NCBI GenBank assembly: GCA_020350905.1
Contig: CP070843.1
Span: forward strand, 1,074,584-1,108,609
Length of the DNA stretch: 34,026 bases
Source: Deltaproteobacteria bacterium
Lineage (GTDB): Bacteria > Desulfobacterota > Syntrophobacteria > BM002
Direction: 5' to 3'
Shown: one piece after another, positions 9,100-16,775 of the stretch
How positions within the stretch are numbered: position 1 is the first letter of the stretch
Layout: each line of letters begins with the position of its first letter
Notes under the pieces: generated by a model
Databases searched by the model: none
What the model was told of the DNA's origin: nothing
What the model saw: the letters and a program-made list of their open reading frames with translations, nothing else
Translations under genes and position numbers: made by a program

Positions 9100-10047
9100 T
9101 CAAATAACGAAGACCATCTTCCCTCGGGTACGCGAGGACTCACTGAGTTCATGGGCTCTTCTGGCTTCTTCTAGGCCAAAAGGAAAAACCTGGGAGAGGC
9201 GAGTCTTAAGGCGTCCTTGCTCTACCATCCGGGCCAGTTCAGTTAATTGGGTACTGTTGGGGGCCACGAAAACAAACTCTTTATCTATATCCTTTCTTAT
9301 TAATCCAGTGGGATCATCCACAATTGATATGAGTCGTCCCCCTTTGTTGACAATATCAGCACTTTTTTCGAGAACTTCTCCGCCCACACAATCAAAAACT
9401 ACGTCCACGCCATCTGGGTACTCTGAGCGGACCGAGTTGCGGAAGTCCACGTGGTTGTAGTCCACTACCTGGGTCGCCCCCAGGTCTTGTACATATTCTT
9501 CGTTGCGACCACTAGCCGTTCCCCACACCACAGCCCCATGATCTTTTGCCAACTGTACCCCGAAGCCTCCCACTCCTCCTGCCGCAGCATGGATTAAAAC
9601 GGTTTCTCCCGGGTTGATTTTAGCAGCATCAAATAGAGACTGGTAAGCAGTTAGTGCAGCAAGTGGAATTGAGGCAGCCTCTTCAAAGGAGATATTTTTC
9701 GGCTTTATAGCCGCATGTTCTTCTTCCAGCACAATGTATTCTGCGTATGCACCTCCCTGAACCATGGGTTTGCGGCAGTAAGCAAAAATCTCATCTCCCT
9801 GTCTAAAACGTGTCACCGCTGGACCGGCCTGTTCCACAATTCCCGCCGCGTCCCAACCCAGGATGATTGGAAACTCGTATGGAAAGAGATCTTTTATATA
9901 TCCTTCCCGGATCTTCCAGTCCACTGGATTGATCCCGGCCGCTTTCACCCTAACAAGAATTTCTCCTGGCTTGATCTCAGGTACGGGTAGATTCATGAGT
10001 TGCAATGTATCTCGGCCGCCGAACTCATTTATTGCTATGGCTTTCAT
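9100..10047 (-). CDS. NADPH:quinone oxidoreductase / zinc-type alcohol dehydrogenase superfamily (MDR) protein
   Basis: GroES-like N-terminal domain plus the Rossmann motif AAAGGVGGFGVQLAK. AAGGAGG Shine-Dalgarno 7 nt upstream of the ATG at 10047 (MKAIAINEF). The track ORF extends 7 codons further, to 10068. Confidence 0.92.
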   Translation of the reverse strand: MKAIAINEFGGRDTLQLMNLPVPEIKPGEILVRVKAAGINPVDWKIREGYIKDLFPYEFPIILGWDAAGIVEQAGPAVTRFRQGDEIFAYCRKPMVQGGAYAEYIVLEEEHAAIKPKNISFEEAASIPLAALTAYQSLFDAAKINPGETVLIHAAAGGVGGFGVQLAKDHGAVVWGTASGRNEEYVQDLGATQVVDYNHVDFRNSVRSEYPDGVDVVFDCVGGEVLEKSADIVNKGGRLISIVDDPTGLIRKDIDKEFVFVAPNSTQLTELARMVEQGRLKTRLSQVFPFGLEEARRAHELSESSRTRGKMVFVI

Positions 10048-10193
10048 ATGCAAGCCTCCTTTTCCCACAAGACAGTTTGCTGAGTATGTTGTATTCTTTA
10101 GCCTGGATAATTCAGTAATACTTGATAACTTGCAGCTCGTATAGATTTATCTCTGATAAGCATTCACAGGAGGTCAGTCAAACTACAGCCCGC

Positions 10194-10242
10194 TAACGGT
10201 ATGGCGGTACGGGCTGGTGAACCATTCGTACGGCTACCGTTA
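10194..10242. promoter_or_regulatory. Stem-loop/palindrome abutting the RBS of the cyclodeaminase-like gene
   Basis: taacggta (10194-10201) pairs with taccgtta (10235-10242) perfectly. The inner pair is gtacg (10207-10211) with cgtac (10227-10231). It ends 2 nt before GGTGGAGG. Confidence 0.4.
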
Positions 10243-10259
10243 AGGTGGAGGTGCTGATT

Positions 10260-10856
10260 ATGAGCGACTCGTTTCTGGAAGCCATTGCCAGACCAGAGCC
10301 TGTGCCGGGTGGTGGTGCAGCAGCAGCCCATGGAGCCTGTGTGGGGTTGGCGCTTCTCGAGAAAATTGTCCTGGTTGAACTGCGGCGCAGTGATATTCCT
10401 TCTGAGTCTCGCTGGCAGAATTTGCACGAAGAGGTGAGAAGATCATCGTCCACCCTCCTCCAACTTCGTGATGAAGACGGCGAGGCATACGTGCGTTTTG
10501 CCCGGGCGAAGACATTCGGAAAGAGTGCTGATGTAATTCTCGAACCGCTGAAGCAAGCAATCGAATGTCCCATAAAGATTATGGAAGAAGCCCATAAAGG
10601 GTTGCGCCTGGTGGCCAGGGCGGCAAAACACTGCAAGGGTCATCTCCTTGCAGACCTGCTGGTGGTCTGCGAACTTCTCCAAGCTGCGATCCATGGAACC
10701 TATGGGATAGCTCAGGCAAATCTAGCTGTAATGCGGGACCCCGCCCTCCACAGTCGCTATCAAAATAAGCTAGACCAGGTTCAAGGAGAAAGCCGCGAAC
10801 TCTTCAGATCTGTGGAGAGAGACATATTGGCAAGAGCGAAAATCAGTAAGGAATAA
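10260..10856 (+). CDS. cyclodeaminase/cyclohydrolase family protein (FTCD C-terminal-like)
   Basis: The N-terminal PEPVPGGGAAAAHGACVGLAL matches the P-x-PGGGS/AAAA signature of formiminotetrahydrofolate cyclodeaminase-like proteins. The ATG at 10260 follows GGTGGAGG. An alternative GTG lies at 10245. Confidence 0.85.
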   Translation: MSDSFLEAIARPEPVPGGGAAAAHGACVGLALLEKIVLVELRRSDIPSESRWQNLHEEVRRSSSTLLQLRDEDGEAYVRFARAKTFGKSADVILEPLKQAIECPIKIMEEAHKGLRLVARAAKHCKGHLLADLLVVCELLQAAIHGTYGIAQANLAVMRDPALHSRYQNKLDQVQGESRELFRSVERDILARAKISKE

Positions 10857-10900
10857 GCGGTGAGCAGTACTGGCGGAATAGAAATTCCAGATGACAAAGA

Positions 10901-10986
10901 CTGAGGTTTCAGGTTTCAGTTTTTTTGTTTTTCTTCCCTGACACCTGACATCTGAGACCTGACACCCGACACCTGAAACCCTGAGA
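10901..10986. repeat. Palindromically arranged heptamer arrays (GGTTTCA / CTGACAC) between convergent genes
   Basis: Left: ctgaggt ttcaggt ttcag, then T7GT5. Right: ctgacac ctgacat ctgagac ctgacac ccgacac ctgaaac cctgaga (10938-10986). The left array is the reverse complement of the CTGAAAC-type units. Confidence 0.75.
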
Positions 10987-11064
10987 TTTCTCCTTCGGAG
11001 TCCCCACCCTCTGGGCGGGGCCCCGGTTTGGTGCTTGGAATTGGATATTTTTCAGTGCTCTATA

Positions 11065-11910
11065 TTACTCTATCTCACGTCGCACAGCGTCTTCGGGGGC
11101 CGTTTCGGATTGCGCACGGCCTTTGCCTGTGCGCACGCCTATGAGCACCAGAAACTTACGGCGAATCTCACGCAGCGGCTTGCCGATGCGGCGGCCGAAC
11201 CGGATAGTCCAAGGCCGATATCTCTCCAGATCGAGCTGTTCAGGGTTGAGCAGATCCGGCCGACAGTCTCTGTAGTGTTTGAGCACATGGTAGTCGTCCA
11301 TGTCCTGCAAAAGGCGAAGTAGTACTCGCATCGGCCAACCATTGCCCGGCCACCAACCCGGCAGGTTGAGGCTGATCTGGAAGTCTATCAGGTAAGGCTT
11401 GGCATCATCCCCGACAATGATATTCTGGCGTTTGCTGAGGTCAACGTAGGCAAGGTCGCGCGCATGCATATCCTCGATCAATTGCTGGAGTATCGGAAAA
11501 AAAGTATCATTGACCGGCTCGCGTCTCTCCAAGGGATGGCCGGCCACATAGTCGTGCGTAACAGCGTGTGTCTGGCTTACGCCATTGATCGTCAGGTCGC
11601 CGCTGTAGGCGGGGATGTTAGGTAAGTCGTTCAACCGTTGCAGCATACGGGTCTCACGTCGCCCCAGCCTCCTGCCCAACCACTTCATCGGCAGCCCAAA
11701 AACCGATTGCTGACGGTTGAACTTGGCGACAACCATGCCTCGCGGACCTTGGTACAGCGCAGTGGCCGCCCACGAATCGTGCTTCAGAATGTCAACCCTA
11801 CGATAGGAATGGTTGTCAATCTCGACCTGCTCCGGGGGATCGGCTTTGCCTAAAGCGCGAAACACTCTTGGCCTCGGTTGAGCCGTTTGGGCAGGCTCCC
11901 GGTTTTGCAT
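11065..11910 (-). CDS. atypical protein-kinase-like protein (Kdo/WaaP/RIO-like fold)
   Basis: HARDLAYVDLSKRQNIIVGDDAKPYLIDFQIS resembles a kinase catalytic loop followed by a DFG-like LIDF. I picked the ATG at 11910 (MQNREP...). A TTG at 11925 is also possible. It lies 44 nt downstream of the PP2C gene's stop. Confidence 0.7.
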   Translation of the reverse strand: MQNREPAQTAQPRPRVFRALGKADPPEQVEIDNHSYRRVDILKHDSWAATALYQGPRGMVVAKFNRQQSVFGLPMKWLGRRLGRRETRMLQRLNDLPNIPAYSGDLTINGVSQTHAVTHDYVAGHPLERREPVNDTFFPILQQLIEDMHARDLAYVDLSKRQNIIVGDDAKPYLIDFQISLNLPGWWPGNGWPMRVLLRLLQDMDDYHVLKHYRDCRPDLLNPEQLDLERYRPWTIRFGRRIGKPLREIRRKFLVLIGVRTGKGRAQSETAPEDAVRREIE

Positions 11911-11954
11911 GGAGAATACCCCCAATCCGTATCGGTCAAGTCGCTCTTGGTAGC

Positions 11955-14087
11955 TTACAGTAGCACCTTAATCACCACAATTGTGATGTCGTCTTCTTGC
12001 TCTCTGCCCCCACGAAAGTCGCTGACTTCCTCAAGCACAGCGTCTTGAATGGCTCCAGCGGAGTTGTGATGGTTATTACGGATGATTTGGGAAAGACGGT
12101 CTTTACCGAACATCTCTCCCTCTCCGTTGTGGGTCTCCCAGATACCGTCCGTACCGATGAGAATAATTGTCCCGTCCGTTTCGATGGTCTTTTCAACATG
12201 TTCGTAACAATAGTCTTCCTCCACCCCTAAGACCATTCCTGGCCCCATGAGCTCTTCCAGGGTCTCAGTGGCGGGATCGTAGAGGAAGGCTGGATCGTGT
12301 CCGGCTCTGACCCAACTGATTACGCGTGAGTCCTCCTCTATCATAAGAAAGAACAGGCTTATGAACCTGCCGCTATCTCTCACATCAACGGAGAGAAGAC
12401 TGTTGACTTGAGTGAGACTCTCGGCCAGATTTTCCGGTCTCGTCACCAGCCCCCTTATGAGCCCCCTGGCTGTGGCCATGAGCAAAGCGGCCCCAACTCC
12501 ATGGCCCGTGACGTCGCCCACCACAATGCCATAGCGGGCGCAGTCTTCATCCTCACAGGGGAAAAAGTCAAAGTAGTCCCCACCAGTCTCGTCGCAGTAG
12601 ACGCTCTTGGCAGCAATATCAAAGCCGCGTAAGTTTGGTATCTCCTGGGGCAGGAGATTTTGTTGCACTTCCTTGGCCACTTCCAGAGACTTACGGATTA
12701 GTATTCTGTCTTCGAGCTGCGGAACCATTTCATTGAAGGTCTTCGCCAGCAGATCGCGTTCATCGCCTGTTTTTATGTTGATTCGTGCAGAGAAATCGCC
12801 CTTTGCCAGACGCTTGACCGCCTCAACCATGACGAAGAGAGGCCTGATCATGGCGTGGGCGAACCACAGACCGGCCAACATAAGCAAGAGAATCACTCCA
12901 ATGGCAACAACCCCGGTAATCAGCCACTGTTCTTTAACCATTGAATGTAACGATTCTCGTACCCGTTCAAACTGCTCCAAAATAATCCTTTTGGGTACGA
13001 TGAGTATAAGATTCAAGTCGTCACCGGCGTGACCATAGGCCCAGACAGAATCCACACCGAAATAAGGCATGTCGATGTAGCCGGCTTGTCTGGCTTTGAT
13101 TTCTCCTTCCAACAATTCCATGCTCTCAACATCTGAAGATGCGAGTCGTTCCACCCCCATCGCGCCGCTCCAGGCAGCGGCATTCTCCACATAGTCTTTT
13201 TGAGCTATTATCCAGAGGCCGTACTCACCGGTCTCTTCTTTTACCCCTGACCAGACAAGGAAAGAGCGCATGGCAGTTGACCACTGAGAAGATAATTCAT
13301 GAACCTGTAAAACCTCTGAAAGAAGCACGTCAATGGCGGCTACTCCTGCAAATGAACCGTCAGAGTGACGGATGGGCATAGAGGCAGTCATGATGACCTG
13401 ACGTGTAGAGACATCTATGTACGGGGTGCTCCAGGCCAACTCACCCTTTTCTCTGGCCAAGATATACGATGGACGAGTTTGTGGGTTGTACGTGGAAGGA
13501 TAGCCGCCGTGGCCGGGATAAGCTGCGTGAACGCCGCTCTCCAGGCTGACATACTGCCAATAGAGGATGTCGCCCAATTGGTTCTCAAACTCACTGTGCA
13601 CAGGAAGAAGTCTTCTCAGGCGACCAATGTCAGTTGCTACATACCGCCAGTCAGCTCCCGGTAGAACCAAAAAGACCTGATGACCGAAGCTCACAACCAT
13701 TGGTTCAGTTCCATCCCCAGCAGCACCTCTGATATGCTTGTGAGAAAATACGATATCTTTAGGAGCCTTGGTGGGGTTGTCGTAGTCATCAGCAAAATAG
13801 ACCTTAGCAGCGCCCTTCGGCGGTTCGGACAAAAAGCGCTCCGCATCTCTGGCAATGATTCTCAGTGTGAGTTCCAGCACTTCTTTTTCACGGCCAAGTA
13901 TCTTGGCATAGTCCGTTGCTGTTTGCTTGAGTTCTCTGCTGACGATTTCGGTCCGGTTCTTTTTTGCCAAACCGGATATGGTTTCACCCATTCGTACAAT
14001 TCCCCGTTGACCTACTAAAGTAACAACGAGAAGAGGCGCAAGACTGAAGGTCATAAAGAATATAAGGAATTTCCAGCGAACGCTCAT
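11955..14087 (-). CDS. Cache-HAMP-PP2C (SpoIIE-family) sensor protein phosphatase
   Basis: TM1 (FLIFFMTFSLAPLLVVTLVG), a periplasmic domain of about 340 aa (Cache-like), TM2, HAMP (RPLFVMVEAVKRLAKGDFSARI...FNEMVPQLEDR), then PP2C/SpoIIE motifs (GGDYFDFF, GDVTGHGVGAALLMA, GTDGIWE, EDDITIVVIKV). The ATG at 14087 is preceded by GGAGATGG. The track's 21-codon extension to 14150 runs into the repeat element. Confidence 0.92.
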   Translation of the reverse strand: MSVRWKFLIFFMTFSLAPLLVVTLVGQRGIVRMGETISGLAKKNRTEIVSRELKQTATDYAKILGREKEVLELTLRIIARDAERFLSEPPKGAAKVYFADDYDNPTKAPKDIVFSHKHIRGAAGDGTEPMVVSFGHQVFLVLPGADWRYVATDIGRLRRLLPVHSEFENQLGDILYWQYVSLESGVHAAYPGHGGYPSTYNPQTRPSYILAREKGELAWSTPYIDVSTRQVIMTASMPIRHSDGSFAGVAAIDVLLSEVLQVHELSSQWSTAMRSFLVWSGVKEETGEYGLWIIAQKDYVENAAAWSGAMGVERLASSDVESMELLEGEIKARQAGYIDMPYFGVDSVWAYGHAGDDLNLILIVPKRIILEQFERVRESLHSMVKEQWLITGVVAIGVILLLMLAGLWFAHAMIRPLFVMVEAVKRLAKGDFSARINIKTGDERDLLAKTFNEMVPQLEDRILIRKSLEVAKEVQQNLLPQEIPNLRGFDIAAKSVYCDETGGDYFDFFPCEDEDCARYGIVVGDVTGHGVGAALLMATARGLIRGLVTRPENLAESLTQVNSLLSVDVRDSGRFISLFFLMIEEDSRVISWVRAGHDPAFLYDPATETLEELMGPGMVLGVEEDYCYEHVEKTIETDGTIILIGTDGIWETHNGEGEMFGKDRLSQIIRNNHHNSAGAIQDAVLEEVSDFRGGREQEDDITIVVIKVLL

Positions 14088-14145
14088 AGGCCATCTCCGA
14101 TGATGGTGCAAGGGGCAGGGCAAAGTAGGCACTAGGAGCCTACAA

Positions 14146-14309
14146 GTCATTACATTTCGCCCAAGCGCGCTTCATTGTCACTTGGGCTGGCGCCCGTCAT
14201 TTATGGTCATTTGTGGTTATTTGCCAATTCATCATCACTAATCATAACGACCTAATGACAACAAATGACAGCGAAGCGTAGTGACGGCCACATCTAGTGG
14301 CCAAATGAC
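14146..14309. repeat. GTCAT/ATGAC-box mosaic element, copy C
   Basis: GTCAT-type boxes at 14146, 14177, 14196 and 14206. ATGAC-type boxes at 14255, 14265, 14281 and 14305. Hairpin GGCCAC-atcta-GTGGCC at 14286-14302. Shares an exact 25-mer with copy E and exact 27- and 22-mers, inverted, with copy F. Confidence 0.85.
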
Positions 14310-14324
14310 TATAAGAGAACGCAG

Positions 14325-14364
14325 AGGATATTCATAGTTAAAAACATTGTTAGACTGCCTGCTT
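14325..14364. repeat. Inverted-repeat arm flanking fabH (3' side of the gene)
   Basis: aggatattcat-N16-agactgcctgctt. It is the reverse complement of 15436-15475 at both conserved ends (11/11 and 13/13), with the same 16-nt spacer length. It ends 8 nt from the fabH stop. Confidence 0.8.
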
Positions 14365-14371
14365 TATCGCT

Positions 14372-15376
14372 CTACCAATGAAGCAGCGAGGCTGCCCAGG
14401 TGAAACCAGCCCCAAAGGCAGTCAGAAGTACGAGATCGTTTTCCTTTAATTTCCCTAGTTTCAGAGCCTCATGCATACAAATGGGTATGGTGGCGGCTGT
14501 GGTGTTACCGGTCCAGGCGATGGTGTTTACCACCTTTTCTTCAGGGATGCCCAACTGGGACGCCACCATTTGATTGATGCGCATGTTGGCCTGATGGGGC
14601 AAGAGCAAATCCAGCTCCGCCACTGCTTTACCAGCTTCTGACAAGACCTGGTGGCTCACTTCAACCATGCGGGTGATCGCATGTTTGAATACCATCCGTC
14701 CGTTCATTTGCGGGTAGTGCCTGCCTTGATCGAGGCTTTCGTGCGAAATCCTTGGGTGGTGTGCGCTGGCAGGATACTCTGTCCACAGTTCCTTTGCGTA
14801 CTTTCCCTCTGCATGCAGAGCGCTTGCCAGTATGCCTGGGTGGCCATCGGGGGCCGGGCCCACCACCGCTGCTCCTGCTCCGTCACCGAACAATACTGAC
14901 ACGTCTCGGCCGCTGAAGGTAAAATCTAGAGCCGTGGAGTGAATCTCCGAGCCGACAATGAGGATACGTTCATACTGGCCACTTTTTATCAAACTATCAG
15001 CCATGGCAAGGCTGTATATAAAACCCGAGCATTGATTACGGACATCCAAAGCACCGATAGTTCTGCCACCGAAGAGCCTATCTTGCAAGAAGCAGCCATT
15101 GCCAGGAAAGAAATAGTCCGGGCTTAAGGTGGCATATATGACGAAGTCGATATCATCAGGGCTGAGCCCGGCATTGTCGATAGCTTCTCTTGAGGCGTGT
15201 ACTGCAAGGTCAGTGCCGGTTTCCCCCTCTGAAACAAAGCGCCGGGTCAGGATTCCAGTTCGTTGCCTGATCCATTCGTCAGAGGTTTCCAGTTCCTCGA
15301 TGGCTTCGAGTTCTTGGTTTGTAACTTCTCGCTCCGGCAAATACATACCCACGCCGAGAATTCTTGTTTGTCTCAT
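14372..15376 (-). CDS. fabH: 3-oxoacyl-ACP synthase III (KAS III, FabH-like)
   Basis: Catalytic Cys in RNQCSGFIYSL, His in LLPHQAN, Asn in TGNTTAATIP, and C-terminal GAGFTWAA. GGGGAGGA Shine-Dalgarno 7 nt upstream. It is an orphan gene, with no other fab genes nearby. Confidence 0.92.
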   Translation of the reverse strand: MRQTRILGVGMYLPEREVTNQELEAIEELETSDEWIRQRTGILTRRFVSEGETGTDLAVHASREAIDNAGLSPDDIDFVIYATLSPDYFFPGNGCFLQDRLFGGRTIGALDVRNQCSGFIYSLAMADSLIKSGQYERILIVGSEIHSTALDFTFSGRDVSVLFGDGAGAAVVGPAPDGHPGILASALHAEGKYAKELWTEYPASAHHPRISHESLDQGRHYPQMNGRMVFKHAITRMVEVSHQVLSEAGKAVAELDLLLPHQANMRINQMVASQLGIPEEKVVNTIAWTGNTTAATIPICMHEALKLGKLKENDLVLLTAFGAGFTWAASLLHW

Positions 15377-15435
15377 AGAAATCCTCCCCGGTATGCAGGG
15401 ACACCCTGATAATTAACCACATACACCGCATGGCG

Positions 15436-15475
15436 AAGCAGGCAGTCTGACGACCTACTATACGATGAATATCCT
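15436..15475. repeat. Inverted-repeat arm flanking fabH (5' side of the gene)
   Basis: aagcaggcagtct-N16-atgaatatcct, the partner of 14325-14364. It starts 60 nt upstream of the fabH start codon. Confidence 0.8.
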
Positions 15476-15494
15476 TGGAGTTAGCTCATAGTTA

Positions 15495-15696
15495 TTTGGC
15501 CACTGCAAGTGGCCGTCAATACGCTACGCTGTCATTATGCCTTCGGCATCATTTATGGTCATCAGGTAATGCACTACGCTGTCATTCATCGTTAACTGTA
15601 ATTGTGGCGTTAAACCAACTTAATGACGGCCGTAAGGCCGTATGACGGGCGTTAGCCCAACTGACAACGGAGCGCGCAAGCGCGAAGTGTAATGAC
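15495..15696. repeat. GTCAT/ATGAC-box mosaic element, copy D
   Basis: Left: tttGGCCACtgcaaGTGGCC, then GTCAA, GTCATT, GTCAT, GTCATT, with ctacgctgtcatt repeated at 15524-15536 and 15574-15586. Right: ATGAC-GGCCgtaaGGCC, ATGAC-GGGCgttaGCCC-aacTGAC, and ATGAC at 15692-15696. Confidence 0.85.
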
Positions 15697-15756
15697 TGCT
15701 AGTACCCAGCTGATTAGGCGCCAATCACCTTTAGATGCACACCATTGCCGCACCAT

Positions 15757-16566
15757 CTAAAGTAACGTCAAAATAAACACGGTCATCTCCTCGACAACCC
15801 TGTCTGTAGCCTCTTTATGAGGTATATGAGCGCAGTCTGGAATAAGGAGAGACGTGGCGGGGCCCGCTACTCGACGTGCTATGGCCTCCACCTGAGCCTC
15901 AGTACCGTACTGATCGTCTTCGCCTTGTATCGCCAGAACCGGGCACGTGACCCTTGGTAGGCAATCCTCAATATTCCAATGTTTGAATTCGAGGGACAGC
16001 CAGGTCTCACACCATGCCCTAAAAATCGCTTCGGTGTTACTATCGTGATAACGTGCCAGCTTTTCTTTGAGGTCTGTGGTCTGGTAGGCTTGCACGGCCT
16101 GTCTAATACCTTCCAGGGTGATCTCTTCCACGAAAACATGTGCAGCTTCGGTAATGAGCCCTCGGACCGATTCAGGATATTCTGCTGCAAAAATCAGGGC
16201 AATAGAGCCGCCATCGCTGTGGCCAATGAGGATGGTGTCGTCTACGCCAGAATTCTTGAGAACCTCGGGTAGGGTGTCCAAAGCCTCATCATGAACATAT
16301 CTGAGTGTTCTTTGGACATCGATGGGATCAGATTTGCCATGTCCCCAGCGGTCATACACCAAACCGTTACAGCCAGTTTCCTCTAACAGGACTTCAGGGA
16401 AGGCATGCCACATTTCAATAGAACCCAAGCCCTCGTGGAGAAAAACAAGAGTGGGACGGTCGTCCTGCCCATCGTTCTCCGGCTGGGTAAGCTTCCTCAC
16501 TCGGAGCTTGTGGCCCGCGGCATGAATGAAGAAATCCTCTTTCAGCAAACTACCTTTGGTACTCAT
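15757..16566 (-). CDS. alpha/beta hydrolase
   Basis: HEGLGS oxyanion region, nucleophile elbow GHSDGG, and C-terminal GEDD and CAHIPH. I chose the ATG at 16566 (MSTKGSLL). The track's 26-codon N-terminal extension to 16644 is encoded by repeat copy E. Confidence 0.86.
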   Translation of the reverse strand: MSTKGSLLKEDFFIHAAGHKLRVRKLTQPENDGQDDRPTLVFLHEGLGSIEMWHAFPEVLLEETGCNGLVYDRWGHGKSDPIDVQRTLRYVHDEALDTLPEVLKNSGVDDTILIGHSDGGSIALIFAAEYPESVRGLITEAAHVFVEEITLEGIRQAVQAYQTTDLKEKLARYHDSNTEAIFRAWCETWLSLEFKHWNIEDCLPRVTCPVLAIQGEDDQYGTEAQVEAIARRVAGPATSLLIPDCAHIPHKEATDRVVEEMTVFILTLL

Positions 16567-16605
16567 ATGGGTCTCTAGCTTTTTCAAGCGGAGGAGTAAG
16601 CAAAG

Positions 16606-16775
16606 GTCATAACACTTCGCGCCTCTTGGGCGCTTCGTTGTCACTTGGGCTGGCGCCCGTCATTACGCCTCGCGGCTGTCATTAAATTGTCTCAACTCTA
16701 AAATGACAATTAACTAACTAATGACAGCGGAGCGTAATGACAGCCACGTCAGTGGCTTGATGACTACCTAATGAC
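16606..16775. repeat. GTCAT/ATGAC-box mosaic element, copy E
   Basis: Collinear with copy C over the left ~60 nt, including the exact 25-mer at 16640-16664. Right half: ATGAC at 16703, 16721, 16737, 16761 and 16771. The last box overlaps the final codons and stop of the 16768-17745 gene. Confidence 0.85.

Noticed and set aside
14088-14150. Upstream start for the PP2C sensor (track ORF start at 14150), and likewise 16567-16644 for the hydrolase
   Set aside because: The extensions are encoded by repeat-element sequence and lack a Shine-Dalgarno sequence. The internal ATG at 14087 has a good Shine-Dalgarno (GGAGATGG) and begins with a signal-anchor-like sequence. The ATG at 16566 is preferred only because it removes the repeat-encoded extension; its own RBS is weak.
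14146-14309. Possibility that the regularly spaced GTCAT/ATGAC boxes form a CRISPR-like array
   Set aside because: The boxes are only 5-6 nt long, the spacing is irregular (4-18 nt), the two halves are in inverted orientation, and the same spacers recur in other copies. None of this fits a CRISPR repeat-spacer array. No cas genes are present.
14349-14355. GTTAGAC, matching the integron attC core GTTRRRY, next to the fabH stop
   Set aside because: A 7-nt degenerate match is expected by chance. The partner arm reads GTCTGAC, not RYYYAAC. The flanking repeats are far longer and more modular than attC sites, and no intI or attI is visible in the window.
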